DNA of 64,000 nt from an uncultured Planctomycetaceae bacterium (lineage in GTDB: Bacteria > Planctomycetota > Planctomycetia > Isosphaerales > Isosphaeraceae). The stretch spans positions 3,008,001 through 3,072,000 of the forward strand of contig CAWIAD010000002.1 of the NCBI GenBank assembly GCA_963833985.1. The letters are read 5' to 3'. The notes beneath the pieces were generated by a model, which was given only the letters and a program-made list of their open reading frames with translations, made no database searches and was not told the origin of the DNA. The position numbers and the translations under genes are program-made. Of the stretch, positions 50,039 to 60,285 are shown one piece after another. Position 1 is the stretch's first letter. The number at the start of each line of letters is the position of its first letter.

Positions 50039-52213
50039 TCACGGCCCGAGCACTGCGCGAGGGGCGGCGCCAGCGGCCTCATCCACCCTGAGCACCTTCA
50101 CCAGGAACGCGAGCTCGTCGGCGGCCTCCTCGATCTGCTTCGCCGTCGGCTTGCCTGCGCCGTGGCCGGCTTTTGTTTCAATCCGGATGAGCGTGGGGTT
50201 ATCACAGGACTGGGCGGCCTGGAGCGCGGCCGCGAACTTGAAGCTGTGCGCGGGGACAACCCGGTCGTCGTGGTCTGCCGTCGTGATCAGCGTCGGCGGA
50301 TAGCATGTTCCCGGCTTGATGTTGTGCAGCGGGCTGTAGGAACGCAGCACCGGGAACTGCCGAGGGTCGTCGGACGAGCCGTAATCATCCACCCAGGCCC
50401 AGCCGATCGTGAACCTGTGGAATCGGAGCATGTCCATCACCCCCACGCCGGGCAGGCACGCGCCGTAGAGATCCGGACGCTGGGTCATGCAGGCGCCGAC
50501 GAGCAGTCCGCCGTTGGATCGGCCCTGGATGGCCAGCTTGCCGCGGTTCGTGTACTTTTCAGCAATCAGCCACTCGGCGGCGGCGATGAAGTCATCGAAG
50601 ACGTTTTGCTTGCTGGAATGGGTTCCCGCCTGGTGCCAGGCCTCGCCGTATTCGCCGCCCCCGCGCAGGTTGGCCACGGCGTAGACTCCGCCCATTTCCA
50701 TCCAGGCCAGAGCCACGGGCCTGAAGCTGGGCGTGACGGGGATGTTGAACCCGCCATAGCCCCAGAGCAGGGTGGGGTTCGTTCCATCGCGCTTCAGTCC
50801 CTTCTTGTGGCTCAGGAACATGGGAATCCTCGTGCCGTCCTTGCTCGGGAAGAAGACCTGCGAGGTTTCATAGTCCTCCGGGCTGAACTTGAGTCGCGGC
50901 CTGCGCCAGAGCGTGCTCGTGCCGCTGGCGACGTCGTAACGGTAGACGGTTTCCGGGGCCTCGAACGAGTTGAACGCGTAGAAGGTCTCGCGGTCCTGAC
51001 GCTTCCCCTGGAAGCCGGCGACCGCCCCAAGGCCCGGCAGAGCGACGTCGCGCACGTGCCGGCCGCGCTCGTCGAGGACGCGAACCGCCGAGTGCGCGTC
51101 TTGCAGGTAAACGGCCACAAACTGCCCGCCCACCAGGTGCACGTTCTGGAGAGTCTCGGCGGCTTCGGGAATGAGCACGCGCCAGTGCTCCGGCTGCGGC
51201 TGACGGGTGTCGATCGCGACGACCTTGCCGCGCGGCGCGTCCTTGTTCGTCTTGAAGTAGAAGACCGGTCCGTCGCTGTCGATGAACGAGTACTCGGCCT
51301 CGAACGCGCCGACGAGGTGCACCGGCGTCTGCTCCGGACGCTCGAGCGGGCGGTAGAGTACCCGGTGCTTGGCGTCGGTTCCCTTGCCTAGAGTGAGGAT
51401 AAGATACTTTCCGTCGTCACTGACTTTCGGGTCGGCCCGCCAGTCCTTGTGTTCGTGATCTTCCCAGACGAGGACATCATCGGCCTGAGACGTGCCGATG
51501 CGATGCAAGTAAAGCTTCTGAAAGTAATTCGCCGCTCTCAGATCAGCACCTGGGGCGGGCTCGGGAAAGCGGCCGTAGTAGAAACCCTTGCCGCCGGGTT
51601 CCCACTCGGCGCCGGAGAACTTGATCCACTTCAGATGGTCGTCCAGGTCGCGTCCCGTCGCGACGTCCCGGACCTTCCATTCGTTCCAGTCCGAGCCGGC
51701 GGCAGCGGTCCCGTACGCCAGCAGCTTGCCGTCGCGGCTGGGCTCAACGCCGGCCAGCGCCACGGTACCGTCGCGGGAGAGGGCGTTCGGATCCAGCAGT
51801 ATCCTGGGCTGGGCGTCGGCCGCGTCGGCCACGAAGAGCACGGCCTGGTTCTGCAACCCGGTGTTGAAGGTGAAGAAAAGGCGATTCCCTTCGATAAGCG
51901 GTGGACTGAACTTCTCGTAGTCCCAGAGCGCCTCCAGCCGGGCGCGGATGGCGGGCCGGCGGGCAATTCCCTCCAAAAACCCGAACGTGATCTTGTTCTC
52001 CGCCTCGACCCAGGCGCGGGTCGCTACTGCGTCGGGGTCTTCGAGCGGGCGATACGGGTCGGCAACCTTGACGCCATGATAATCCTCGACCGTGTCGCTC
52101 CGCGGCGCCTCGGGATAGCGCGGACGCCCGGGAACATCGTCCCCTTGAACCTGGCCAGTAGCCATTCCTCCCACAAGGATCAACACCGCAATCACGTCTC
52201 TTCTGGGGCGCAT
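50039..52213 (-). CDS. Prolyl oligopeptidase (S9A), exported
   Basis: 'DPYRPLED', GRSNGG, DHDDRV, AGHGAG. Confidence 0.96.
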   Translation of the reverse strand: MRPRRDVIAVLILVGGMATGQVQGDDVPGRPRYPEAPRSDTVEDYHGVKVADPYRPLEDPDAVATRAWVEAENKITFGFLEGIARRPAIRARLEALWDYEKFSPPLIEGNRLFFTFNTGLQNQAVLFVADAADAQPRILLDPNALSRDGTVALAGVEPSRDGKLLAYGTAAAGSDWNEWKVRDVATGRDLDDHLKWIKFSGAEWEPGGKGFYYGRFPEPAPGADLRAANYFQKLYLHRIGTSQADDVLVWEDHEHKDWRADPKVSDDGKYLILTLGKGTDAKHRVLYRPLERPEQTPVHLVGAFEAEYSFIDSDGPVFYFKTNKDAPRGKVVAIDTRQPQPEHWRVLIPEAAETLQNVHLVGGQFVAVYLQDAHSAVRVLDERGRHVRDVALPGLGAVAGFQGKRQDRETFYAFNSFEAPETVYRYDVASGTSTLWRRPRLKFSPEDYETSQVFFPSKDGTRIPMFLSHKKGLKRDGTNPTLLWGYGGFNIPVTPSFRPVALAWMEMGGVYAVANLRGGGEYGEAWHQAGTHSSKQNVFDDFIAAAEWLIAEKYTNRGKLAIQGRSNGGLLVGACMTQRPDLYGACLPGVGVMDMLRFHRFTIGWAWVDDYGSSDDPRQFPVLRSYSPLHNIKPGTCYPPTLITTADHDDRVVPAHSFKFAAALQAAQSCDNPTLIRIETKAGHGAGKPTAKQIEEAADELAFLVKVLRVDEAAGAAPRAVLGP

Positions 52214-52363
52214 GCCCTTGTCCTTTCAGGCCGCGTGGGAGGCTCCTGGCTCATCGCATCTCCCTTGGCCGGCAAGACCAAGTCTAGAAGGACGGAGCGG
52301 CTCCGCCAAGCGCCCACGTCCCGGCTCCGCCGGGCATTCTTTTTTGTCTAAAGAAAATCAAGC

Positions 52364-52397
52364 TTGACTTGAAGAAAATGGAACTCAATAATCTTCA
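52364..52397 (+). promoter_or_regulatory. Putative promoter overlapped by a TGAAGA-N16-TCTTCA inverted repeat upstream of the DUF2089 gene
   Basis: TTGACT-17 nt-AATAAT in an AT-rich patch. Confidence 0.5.
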
Positions 52398-52447
52398 TGT
52401 CGGGTTAAATATTCTTGAGGTTGGCACAGGTCGGAGGCACCCAAAGA

Positions 52448-52759
52448 ATGGACGACAACGGAGTGGATCGGCCGGCGTGGATGGCCGCACTCGACCCCGA
52501 GGATTGCCAGTTTCTCCGTCGCTTCCTGCTCGCCTCCGGCTCGCTCAAGGAGCTGGCGGAGGAGTACGACGTGTCGTATCCCACGATCAGGTCCCGGCTC
52601 GACCGGCTGATCGCGAAGGTGAGCGCGGCCGAGGATCCGAAGGCAACCGATCCGTTCGTGCGCAAGGTCCAGGTTCTCGTGGCCGACGGCGCGTTGCCGC
52701 AGGCCGTGGCGAGGGAATTACTTGAGACGTATCGAAAATCGAAACGAGGGAGATCCTGA
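52448..52759 (+). CDS. DUF2089-family HTH regulator
   Basis: 'FLRRFLLASGSLKELAEEYDVSYPTIRSRLDRLI'. Confidence 0.88.
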   Translation: MDDNGVDRPAWMAALDPEDCQFLRRFLLASGSLKELAEEYDVSYPTIRSRLDRLIAKVSAAEDPKATDPFVRKVQVLVADGALPQAVARELLETYRKSKRGRS

Positions 52760-52761
52760 CG

Positions 52762-53100
52762 ATGAATGAGCTCTGGTTCGATCCCAATCACTATGCGTGG
52801 ATTCCGGGAACGCTGCTCGGCGTCCTGGGCGGGCTCTGGGGATCGCTGGCGGGTCTGCTGGCGCCTCGAGGAAAGGCGAAATCGCTCATGCTCGGCAGCC
52901 TCGGACTGATGCTGACCGCCTGCGCTGTCTGCTTGATGCTGGGTGTCATCGCACTCCTGAGGCATCAACCTTACGGCGTATGGTACGCCCTGCTGTTTCC
53001 CGGAGTCCTTGGCCTGTTCCTGTTCCCGGTCCTGACCCCCGTGGTCCTCTTGCGTTATCGCGAGGCCGAGAATCGGAAGATCCAGGCACGCGACCTGTAA
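52762..53100 (+). CDS. Small 3-TM membrane protein
   Basis: Three hydrophobic segments; co-transcribed with the DUF2089 gene. Confidence 0.8.
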   Translation: MNELWFDPNHYAWIPGTLLGVLGGLWGSLAGLLAPRGKAKSLMLGSLGLMLTACAVCLMLGVIALLRHQPYGVWYALLFPGVLGLFLFPVLTPVVLLRYREAENRKIQARDL

Positions 53101-53105
53101 ACTCT

Positions 53106-54907
53106 TCAGGCGAACCGCTTCAGGGCGGCATCGGCGGCGGCCAGGGTGGCGGCGTCGTCATTGCGGCTGATGGACCCCAGGGCTTCATCGCACTGGCGAA
53201 ACGCCATGTGCAGGTAAAGCTCGGCGGCCTCGCGGTCGCCCGGACCGTCAGACCTTCTGGCAAGCTGCTCATCCAGCCGGGCCAGCGTGCACGAGGCCGT
53301 CACCAGGGCGATGGCTCCATGGGCGATCCGCTCCAGGACGAGCTGCTTGTGTAGCACGGCCTCACGATGAGCCACCAGCACACGCTCAACGGCCCGCGCA
53401 AAGCGCACCACCCTGCGCCCAGCGCGGCGGCCAGTGGACGTAGCTCGCCGGATCGGATGGGCACTTCGGGTGCGTGCACAATCCGCCCCATGTGCTCGCG
53501 GGAAAACGACCAGAGCGTGGGCAGGAACGAGCGCACGCTTTTCATGCCCTCGAGCGCCGACTTCAGACCCAGGCCGACGTCGCGCATGCCCACAGCGGCG
53601 ATGAACGCGAGCAGGACCTCGTTGGCCCCTTCGCCGATGGTGTTGATGCGCGCGTCGCGCATCATCCGCTCGTAGGGCTCGTCGGTGAAGTAGCCCTGGC
53701 CGCCGAAGACCTGGAGCGTCTCGTAAACGCCCTGCCAGAGGGCGTCGGTGGAGAAGACCTTGAGGATGGCCGTCTCGAGCATGTAATCCTCGCTGCCGCG
53801 GTCGATCAGGGCCGCCGTCTCGTAGGTCGTGGCCTCCATCGCGTACGTCGTGGCGGCCAGGAAGGCGAGCTTCTTCTTCACGAGTTCCAGCTCGGCCAGC
53901 GGCCGGCCGAACTGCCTGCGCTCGAGCGCGTGCCGAGTGGCCGCGGCCAGGCAAGCCTTGGCCATGCCCGTGCAGCTTGCCCCGAATGTGGTGCGACCGA
54001 AATCGAGCACGGTGAGCGCCACCTTGAGGCCCTTGCCCACCGGTCCCAGAACATTCGCCGCCGGCACCCGCATCTCATGAAACGCCAGCTTGGCCGTGGC
54101 CGTTCCGCGGATTCCGCACTTCTCCATGCGCGGGTTGACCACCTCGAAACCCGGCATATCGGGCGTGACCAGAAAGGCGGTGATCTTCGACTCGCCCCCG
54201 GACGGGTTCGGCGTCCGCGCCATCACCGTCAGCACGTCGGCGATCGCCCCGTTGGTGATGTACCGCTTGGTGCCGTTGAGCACGTAGGTTTGATCGTCGC
54301 CGCTGGGCGTTGCGGTGGTCTGGACGTTCGAGGCGTCCGAGCCGGCCTGCTCCTCGGTGAGCGCGAAGGCCGCCAGTTTCTCTCCCCGCGTCAGGGGCGG
54401 CAGCCAGCGCGATTTCTGCTCGGGCGTGCCAAAAAGTAAAAGGGCGCGGATGCCGATGGAATGATGCGCGTTCACGAAGACGGCCGTGGACGGGCAGCGC
54501 CCGCCGATGACCTCCATGATCCGGCAATACGCCTGCTGCGAGAAACCCTTGCCGCCGACGCTGACCGGCGCCGTCATTCCCAGCACGCCCAGCTCTCCCA
54601 GCCCGTCGATCACCGAGCGGGGAATATCGGCCTGGCGATCGATGGCGGCCGGATCGATGTGGGCCAGCGCGAAGGCCCGCACCGCAGCGACGGCGTTCTC
54701 GACCTTCTCTGTCTGATCGTCCGGCAGCCGGGGATACGGGAACAGGATGTCCGCGCGGAACTCGCCCCGGAAGAGGGCCTTCGCAAAACCTTCGCGCGGC
54801 GGTTCGGAGAACAGCAGCTCCTCGGCCTGCTGCAGCTGCTGGGCGGTCAAGGCTTCGTCGTCGAGCTGGTCCGGGGGCGGCGCCTGATCGTGGCTGATGG
54901 TGGACAT
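53106..54907 (-). CDS. Acyl-CoA dehydrogenase (ACAD9/VLCAD-like); frameshift near 53416
   Basis: 'AFALTEEQAGSDA', 'LNGTKRYITNG', 'RRQFGRP', 'GGQGY', 'IGEGANE'; C-terminus 'VVRFARAVERVLVAHREAVLHKQLVLERIA' in the adjacent frame. Confidence 0.9.
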
Positions 54908-54952
54908 CCTGCGGCCTCCTTCCGGGAAAGTGAGGTGAGAGCGTGTCGGCGA

Positions 54953-55405
54953 TCAGACCGGGGGCGGAACTTGCTGGCGCTCGGTCGCAGCCGCGGAGCG
55001 GGCCCGTCGCGGCAGCATGCGGAATCCCGAGTCCTTCCCCATCCAGTATGCAAAAAAGGCACCGGCGGCGATCATCAGCAAGGTGACGCCGTTCAGCGAT
55101 GTGACGTTCTTCAAGAAGAAGCCAGGGCCTTGCGGCTGCCCCTGATCATCCACGAACGGGAAAAAGCTCCATTCCGTGAACAGCCCCAGCGCCAGGCCGG
55201 CCAATCCGCACATAACGCCGCGCACCTGGGAGGAATGCTGGGCTAGCAAGCCGCAGCCAAGGCCCACCAGCGCGCCGGGGATCATCATCCCGTAAAAACC
55301 GTGGTGGTAGATCCACTGGAACGTGTAATATCCCAGGACTCCGCCGCCCACCGCGCCCAGGAGACCCAGGAAATTGCTGACCACCTGCTGCTTCGTGACC
55401 GCCAT
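54953..55405 (-). CDS. Hypothetical membrane protein (about 4 TM)
   Basis: Gly-rich hydrophobic helices. Confidence 0.75.
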   Translation of the reverse strand: MAVTKQQVVSNFLGLLGAVGGGVLGYYTFQWIYHHGFYGMMIPGALVGLGCGLLAQHSSQVRGVMCGLAGLALGLFTEWSFFPFVDDQGQPQGPGFFLKNVTSLNGVTLLMIAAGAFFAYWMGKDSGFRMLPRRARSAAATERQQVPPPV

Positions 55406-55477
55406 GGGCTTGCCCCCTTGGCAACTTCCGAGGACGTTATCCTCCCGTGATCATAACCCTCTCACGAGGTGAAGACC

Positions 55478-56398
55478 ATGAGCGACGGACAGAGCCAGCC
55501 TGCCTGGCGATCGGAAATCAGCCCCGCCGGAGTGCTCACACTCTGGTTCGATGTGCCCGGCCGGTCGCAGAACGTCCTTGACCACGCAGCCTTCGACGAC
55601 CTGAACCAGCGTCTGGCCGAGATCGAAGGGAACGCCTCAGTTCAGGGGGTCCTGGTCCGCAGCGCGAAGCCGGCGGGCTTCTGCGCGGGGGCCGATCTCA
55701 AGACCATCCAGCGAGCCGCGTCGGCAAGCGAGCTTGCCGCTTACTTCCGTCACGGCATGAACGTACTCGACCGGCTCACAGCGCTCAAGGTGCCCACCGC
55801 GGCCATTGTCCACGGTGTCTGCCTGGGAGGGGGCCTGGAGCTCGCCCTGGCGTGTCGCTGCCGCGCGGCACTGGCATCGAGCGTTCCCCTGCAAATGGGC
55901 TCTCCCGAGGTGCAGCTCGGCATTCTTCCGGCCTGGGGGGCCATCGTCAAGCTCTGCCGGCTGCTGGCTCCCCGGGACGCCCTGAACCTGCTCTTGACCG
56001 GCAACCCCGTCGGCTTTCTACACGCTAAGTCGCAGGGGCTCGTCGACCGCCTGGTCGCGCACGACGAGCAGAGCCGGATCGCCGAGACGCTGCAACAGGA
56101 ACCACGACCCGTTCGCTCCCTGGACCGAGCCACCTGGGAGGAAGAGCTGCAATTTGCCGAGGCCAAGGCCGAGGAGCAGCCGGCCGAGTTTCCCGAAGCC
56201 CAGCGCGAGATCATGAAGCTCATCGAGATCGATCTCGACCAGGGACCTGAGGCAGCCGGTGCGGCCGCCATCGAGCGCTGCGCCGCACTGGGCGTTCTTC
56301 CCGTCACCCAGCATGCCATCGCCGTCTTTTTTCAGCGGCGGAAGGCGCGATCCGAGACGGCTGCGCGATCGCAAGAGTTCAATCCGCCAGGTCAATGA
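55478..56398 (+). CDS. Enoyl-CoA hydratase/isomerase (FadB N-terminal-like, stand-alone)
   Basis: FCAGADL, GGGLELALAC, PEVQLGILP. Confidence 0.9.
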   Translation: MSDGQSQPAWRSEISPAGVLTLWFDVPGRSQNVLDHAAFDDLNQRLAEIEGNASVQGVLVRSAKPAGFCAGADLKTIQRAASASELAAYFRHGMNVLDRLTALKVPTAAIVHGVCLGGGLELALACRCRAALASSVPLQMGSPEVQLGILPAWGAIVKLCRLLAPRDALNLLLTGNPVGFLHAKSQGLVDRLVAHDEQSRIAETLQQEPRPVRSLDRATWEEELQFAEAKAEEQPAEFPEAQREIMKLIEIDLDQGPEAAGAAAIERCAALGVLPVTQHAIAVFFQRRKARSETAARSQEFNPPGQ

Positions 56399-57098
56399 CT
56401 CTGGCAGTCGGGCAGCACGATTCGACCACGTCCCGGGCCAGGTTGAACCAGCACTCGCAGTGATCGAGGATGGCGCTGTCCGCCGTGGCGATGATCTCCC
56501 GCGACTTCTTGAGCACCGGGTCCGGGCTATCAACCAGCTCCACCGTCCAGGGCCAGCCTGAGGCCTTGGCGGTCTCGCGTACGATCGCGCCGATGCGCCC
56601 GCTGTTGGAGACGGGCCGATCGAAATACCAGTGCGCCTGGCTCACTTCCAGTGCGACGAGCTTCGAGCCGATCAAGGTCAGGGCGGGAAGCGTTTCGGCG
56701 ACATTGCGGTAGGTCCCGTGCACACCGGCGATATCGCGATAAGTGCCGTCGCGGCAGGCCAGAACAACACCTCCGCCCAGAGCTGCCTCGACGGTGGTCA
56801 CGACGTTGAACCCGTCGATGAGCAAGCTCCGGCCTCGTATGCCGGCCGCGGCCTCCTGCTTTTGCCGCCGTCGCAGACGCGCCGTTTCCGGGCAAGCCGC
56901 CCTGCGCACTGCCAGGCGCTGGCGCTCGGTGAGCGACCAGCGATCGCCCACCAGCTTCACGGCCGAGACGATTGCGTATCCGCGTTCCAGCAACCACGAG
57001 AGGTCGGCCACCGCCCCCCGCAAGACCGGCAGTGCGGCCGGCCCGAAGGCATCGCCGTCACGCGGGTCGGCACCGCGATGGGTTCTGGAATCGGGCAC
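56379..57098 (-). CDS. DUF434-domain protein
   Basis: 'DLSWLLERGY...LVGDRWSLTERQR', 'IDGFNV..TVE', 'DGTYRD', 'DRPVSNSG', 'ATADSAILD'. Confidence 0.85.
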   Translation of the reverse strand: MPDSRTHRGADPRDGDAFGPAALPVLRGAVADLSWLLERGYAIVSAVKLVGDRWSLTERQRLAVRRAACPETARLRRRQKQEAAAGIRGRSLLIDGFNVVTTVEAALGGGVVLACRDGTYRDIAGVHGTYRNVAETLPALTLIGSKLVALEVSQAHWYFDRPVSNSGRIGAIVRETAKASGWPWTVELVDSPDPVLKKSREIIATADSAILDHCECWFNLARDVVESCCPTARVIDLAD

Positions 57099-57114
57099 GA
57101 GACGCCTTTCCGGC

Positions 57115-57591
57115 TCATTTCCTCTCGTAGGTCCCCACCAGCTCGGCCTCGGCCAGGACATGCCCCCGCATTGCGGCAAGCAGCGCGGGCTTGTCGACCC
57201 CGGCGGCAAGGTTCAAGGTCGCGTTCAATGCATAGAGCCTGAAATGGTAAAGATGCACGCCATGCCCCCTGGGCGGTGCCGGTCCCCGATAACCGATCGT
57301 CCCCCAGGAATTCTTGCCTTGCACCGCCCCTGCGGGGAAGCTGGGGGCGGGCCTGGGGTGTACGCCCTCGGCCATCGCGGAAGTGCTCGTTGGGATCTTG
57401 TAGATCACCCAGTGAACCCACGGCTGCGGGCTGGGCGCATCGGGGTCGTGCAAAATGAGGGCAAGCTCGCGAGTTTCCGGCGGCAGGTCCGACCACTCCA
57501 GGGGCGGCGACAGATCCTCGCCATCCCCCGCATGCCGCCTGGGTATATTTGTGCCAGGCGCGAAAGCCGCGCTCTTCAAGGCCAGCGTCAT
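57115..57591 (-). CDS. YbhB/YbcL family (PEBP/Raf kinase inhibitor-like) protein
   Basis: 'SPPLEW', 'DPDAP...WVHW', 'YRGPAPP..HGVH.YHF'. Confidence 0.92.
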   Translation of the reverse strand: MTLALKSAAFAPGTNIPRRHAGDGEDLSPPLEWSDLPPETRELALILHDPDAPSPQPWVHWVIYKIPTSTSAMAEGVHPRPAPSFPAGAVQGKNSWGTIGYRGPAPPRGHGVHLYHFRLYALNATLNLAAGVDKPALLAAMRGHVLAEAELVGTYERK

Positions 57592-58230
57592 CGGCGTGCT
57601 CCAGGCTGGGGCTGTTCCATGCTCTCGCTCGCGTTCCAGACCCTTGCTGGTCAAGGGCCGTGCGAATCACCGCATCGTAAACCATCCCACTTGACGCCGC
57701 GAAGATAGGACCGTGACCCGACCGCGATGGTGAGCCGGCCGGACAGATACAGAGCTGCCGTCTGCACGAGATCGCGGCTACCCCTGGAGATTGTTGACAG
57801 CAGCCCCCCGGATGGCGAGAGTCGAAGATGGACCAGGACACGCGCGGGGCCAACCGGCTCGATGAACGGCCTCTTGTACGGGATCCAGGCGGTTGCCAAC
57901 GCCTGGCTTCCGCGGCGATAACCATTCAGGGCGGCCATCTTCGCATTCCGCTCCCGAGCCGTTAAGGCTGGCCTCCTGGTTTCAAACGCGGGATGCAATC
58001 AGGCATGGTCCGTGGTACGCTATGAAATGTTGGCTGGAGGCACATATAAACGTTTAGCCATCGCTCAGACGAGCACCCAGACGTACCCAAAGGTGTCAAG
58101 GGTGATTATGCCCCACGGATCATCGGGTTTTGTTTGATCGAATGACAACTTCCGTCGAATGGCGAGTGTGAAGGGCGAACGGGAATTCAAGGTTTCCACG
58201 TTGACGATCGGCCATGTCGAGGTCTCGGCC

Positions 58231-59139
58231 ATGCACCTTCCTTACTGCCGATTCACAGTACGAAGGACGATGGCAACCATTGTGGTGTTCGCCGCTTGCC
58301 TGGCGGCGATCCAGGGGAACTACCAGGCACGCCTCTATAGCGATACCTCGGTGGTCAAAATCCTATCCTTAGCCGACCGCACCCCGGAGCGCATGGCGGC
58401 CCATGCCCGGCGGTTGGTCTCGCCCGAAACCCTCAGCCACGCTTCGCTCGACCCCCGACTCTCGGGCTTGCACCAGCCACTCCGCGCGGGCGATCGCGAG
58501 GACATGATCGGTTCCTCGCCAGGTCCACAGGTATACGCCTATGTAGACTCCGTCGAGGACGGGACGCTCTGGGTTGACTCCATAGCTGAGGGGTCGGCGG
58601 TCGAGGCGACCTCCATCGCTCTGGCGGTCACAGCCGCTTACATCGCGGACCAGGGGCCAAATCGGGTTGTCCCTTGGACCGCAGGGATCCCCATGCGCTG
58701 TGAATTTCAGCCGAAGCCCCTCGCTGAGCCCCGGGAGTTGGCGGCGGCGCTGGCGCTGGCGGTCCTCGCCTCAGCCCTGGTGCTCGTCGTCCCGACCAAG
58801 CTGCTCTCGTTCCGGCGGTGGATGGCCGTGGCGGGGGTAGTGCCGATCGTGTTAGTGCTTACCTTGGAACTTTGGCAACCCTTCCCTCCAGGAAGCGGTG
58901 CGATCGACGTCGTGGTCGGCGCTGTGGTGTCCGGGGCGTTCGCCGTGGGGGCGGTGCGGCGCCCCTGGGTCTTTCTTGCTATCGCTCTCTTGGTCTGGGA
59001 GGGCTCCCCCGTGATGCACGACGGCTTCAACGCGGTCACCATGTCCGCTCAGGGCTGTGTCCTGGCCTGGATGGTCGGTGCACCGGCCGGATGGATCTCT
59101 CGAAGCATGACTAAGGGGAGGAAAGCTTCGCCCGGATGA
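58231..59139 (+). CDS. Hypothetical multi-TM membrane protein
   Basis: N-terminal 'RFTVRRTMATIVVFAACLA' leader; several C-terminal TM helices. Confidence 0.65.
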   Translation: MHLPYCRFTVRRTMATIVVFAACLAAIQGNYQARLYSDTSVVKILSLADRTPERMAAHARRLVSPETLSHASLDPRLSGLHQPLRAGDREDMIGSSPGPQVYAYVDSVEDGTLWVDSIAEGSAVEATSIALAVTAAYIADQGPNRVVPWTAGIPMRCEFQPKPLAEPRELAAALALAVLASALVLVVPTKLLSFRRWMAVAGVVPIVLVLTLELWQPFPPGSGAIDVVVGAVVSGAFAVGAVRRPWVFLAIALLVWEGSPVMHDGFNAVTMSAQGCVLAWMVGAPAGWISRSMTKGRKASPG

Positions 59140-59231
59140 GTCCCCTGGGCTGGGTCGAGTGAAGCCGATTTGTGGAACGGGTGAACCAGGAGTCGAAAAG
59201 GGGGACGGTCTTAATATCGACATTTGTACGA

Positions 59232-59291
59232 ATCTGACCAGCCGTTGCAGCGGACCGGCCCTCGGCGGGCCGCTGAACTTGATCGTTAGGC
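59232..59291 (+). mobile_element. Integron attC site (60 bp)
   Basis: ATCTGAC-CAGCCG-TTGCAGCGGACCGGCC-CTC-GGCGGGCCGCTGAAC-TTGATC-GTTAGGC; GTTRRRY R' box and imperfect palindrome. Confidence 0.8.
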
Positions 59292-59303
59292 GGTGGAGGA
59301 GCG

Positions 59304-59789
59304 ATGTTCCAAACTGACCGTTACACCTGCCCTCATTGTGGACTCGTGATTCGGTGCAAGACGGACGATATCTTTCGCCACGACGACGTCCGCACCTGTC
59401 CCGGCTGCCGCACGCGTGTCCGGATCAACCTGCCGCGACCGCCTGTCCCCCTCGATACCGTCCCCTACGGCCCCTCGTTGGCCGAGCGGGTCGCCGATTA
59501 CCTCGAGGCCGGTGGGGAGATCCCCGACCGCCATCCCTACTTCGATGGCGTCTGTCTCGCCCGGTGCGACGGGGCCTTCCTGTACGGCTACGCGAACGAC
59601 GGAGGCGCCCCGGCCTTCGACTTCCGCGACTCCTCCGCCGTCATCCGCCGGTTCGGGGACCGGGCCGGCTTCGTCGCGTGGTTGGCCGCTCAGAGCGACG
59701 ACAGCCTGAACCGGGGGCCGGATACCGGGCTTCGGCCCGGGGATATGGGGATCACCCGCCGGATACTCGAGGAGGCCCTCGGGCGCTGA
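59304..59789 (+). CDS. Gene-cassette ORF: hypothetical protein with N-terminal CxxC..CxxC zinc ribbon
   Basis: GGAGGA RBS just after GTTAGGC; CPHC...CPGC; stop 4 nt before GCCTAAC. Confidence 0.8.
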   Translation: MFQTDRYTCPHCGLVIRCKTDDIFRHDDVRTCPGCRTRVRINLPRPPVPLDTVPYGPSLAERVADYLEAGGEIPDRHPYFDGVCLARCDGAFLYGYANDGGAPAFDFRDSSAVIRRFGDRAGFVAWLAAQSDDSLNRGPDTGLRPGDMGITRRILEEALGR

Positions 59790-59793
59790 CCCT

Positions 59794-59871
59794 GCCTAAC
59801 CTCGCGCTGCAGCCGACCTGGCCCTACTCGCACGAATTCCTTCGTGCGCAAACGATGAACCATTGTTGAGA
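59794..59871 (+). mobile_element. Second attC site (left half clear, right half degenerate)
   Basis: GCCTAAC-CTCGCG-CTGCAGCCGACC; GCCTAAC is the exact complement of the upstream GTTAGGC; possible GATGAAC..GTTGAGA at the right. Confidence 0.6.
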
Positions 59872-60069
59872 CTTTCCAATCGGGCCTCTGCCCGGCTGAA
59901 AAGCGCAACGGGTGATCTAGCAACCACGTATTACATTAAGTGTAGGGTTCGCTATGCGGACCGTGATGAGGCGAGAGCAGAAGAGGCCCACACCAACGAC
60001 CCTACATGGCTGAGGGATTCAGCCAAGCGAGCAATTCCGGGTAACCCACGGCGATAAGGAGCCAGGGCG

Positions 60070-60285
60070 ATGAAGGTTGCCACGTATGAGGCCACAGTCG
60101 AGAACGGCCAGATCAGGCTCTCCGAGCGGGTACAGCTGCCGGAACGTGCGAAGGTCTATGTGGTCGTCCCAGGCGTCGAGGAGGGGCCGCAGTTTCACAT
60201 CGCCAGCCCCCGCCTCGCCCGGCCGGAACTCGCCGCGGACTTCGTGAAGGAGGTATCCGAGGAACCGCGCAATGCCCCCCTATGA
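60070..60285 (+). CDS. DUF104/AF2212-like putative antitoxin
   Basis: 'TYEATVENGQIRL..VQLPERAKVYVVV'. Confidence 0.75.
   Translation: MKVATYEATVENGQIRLSERVQLPERAKVYVVVPGVEEGPQFHIASPRLARPELAADFVKEVSEEPRNAPL

Noticed and set aside
57651..57998. Minus-strand ORF upstream of the YbhB gene, considered as a decayed toxin
   Set aside because: No convincing family motif in any frame.
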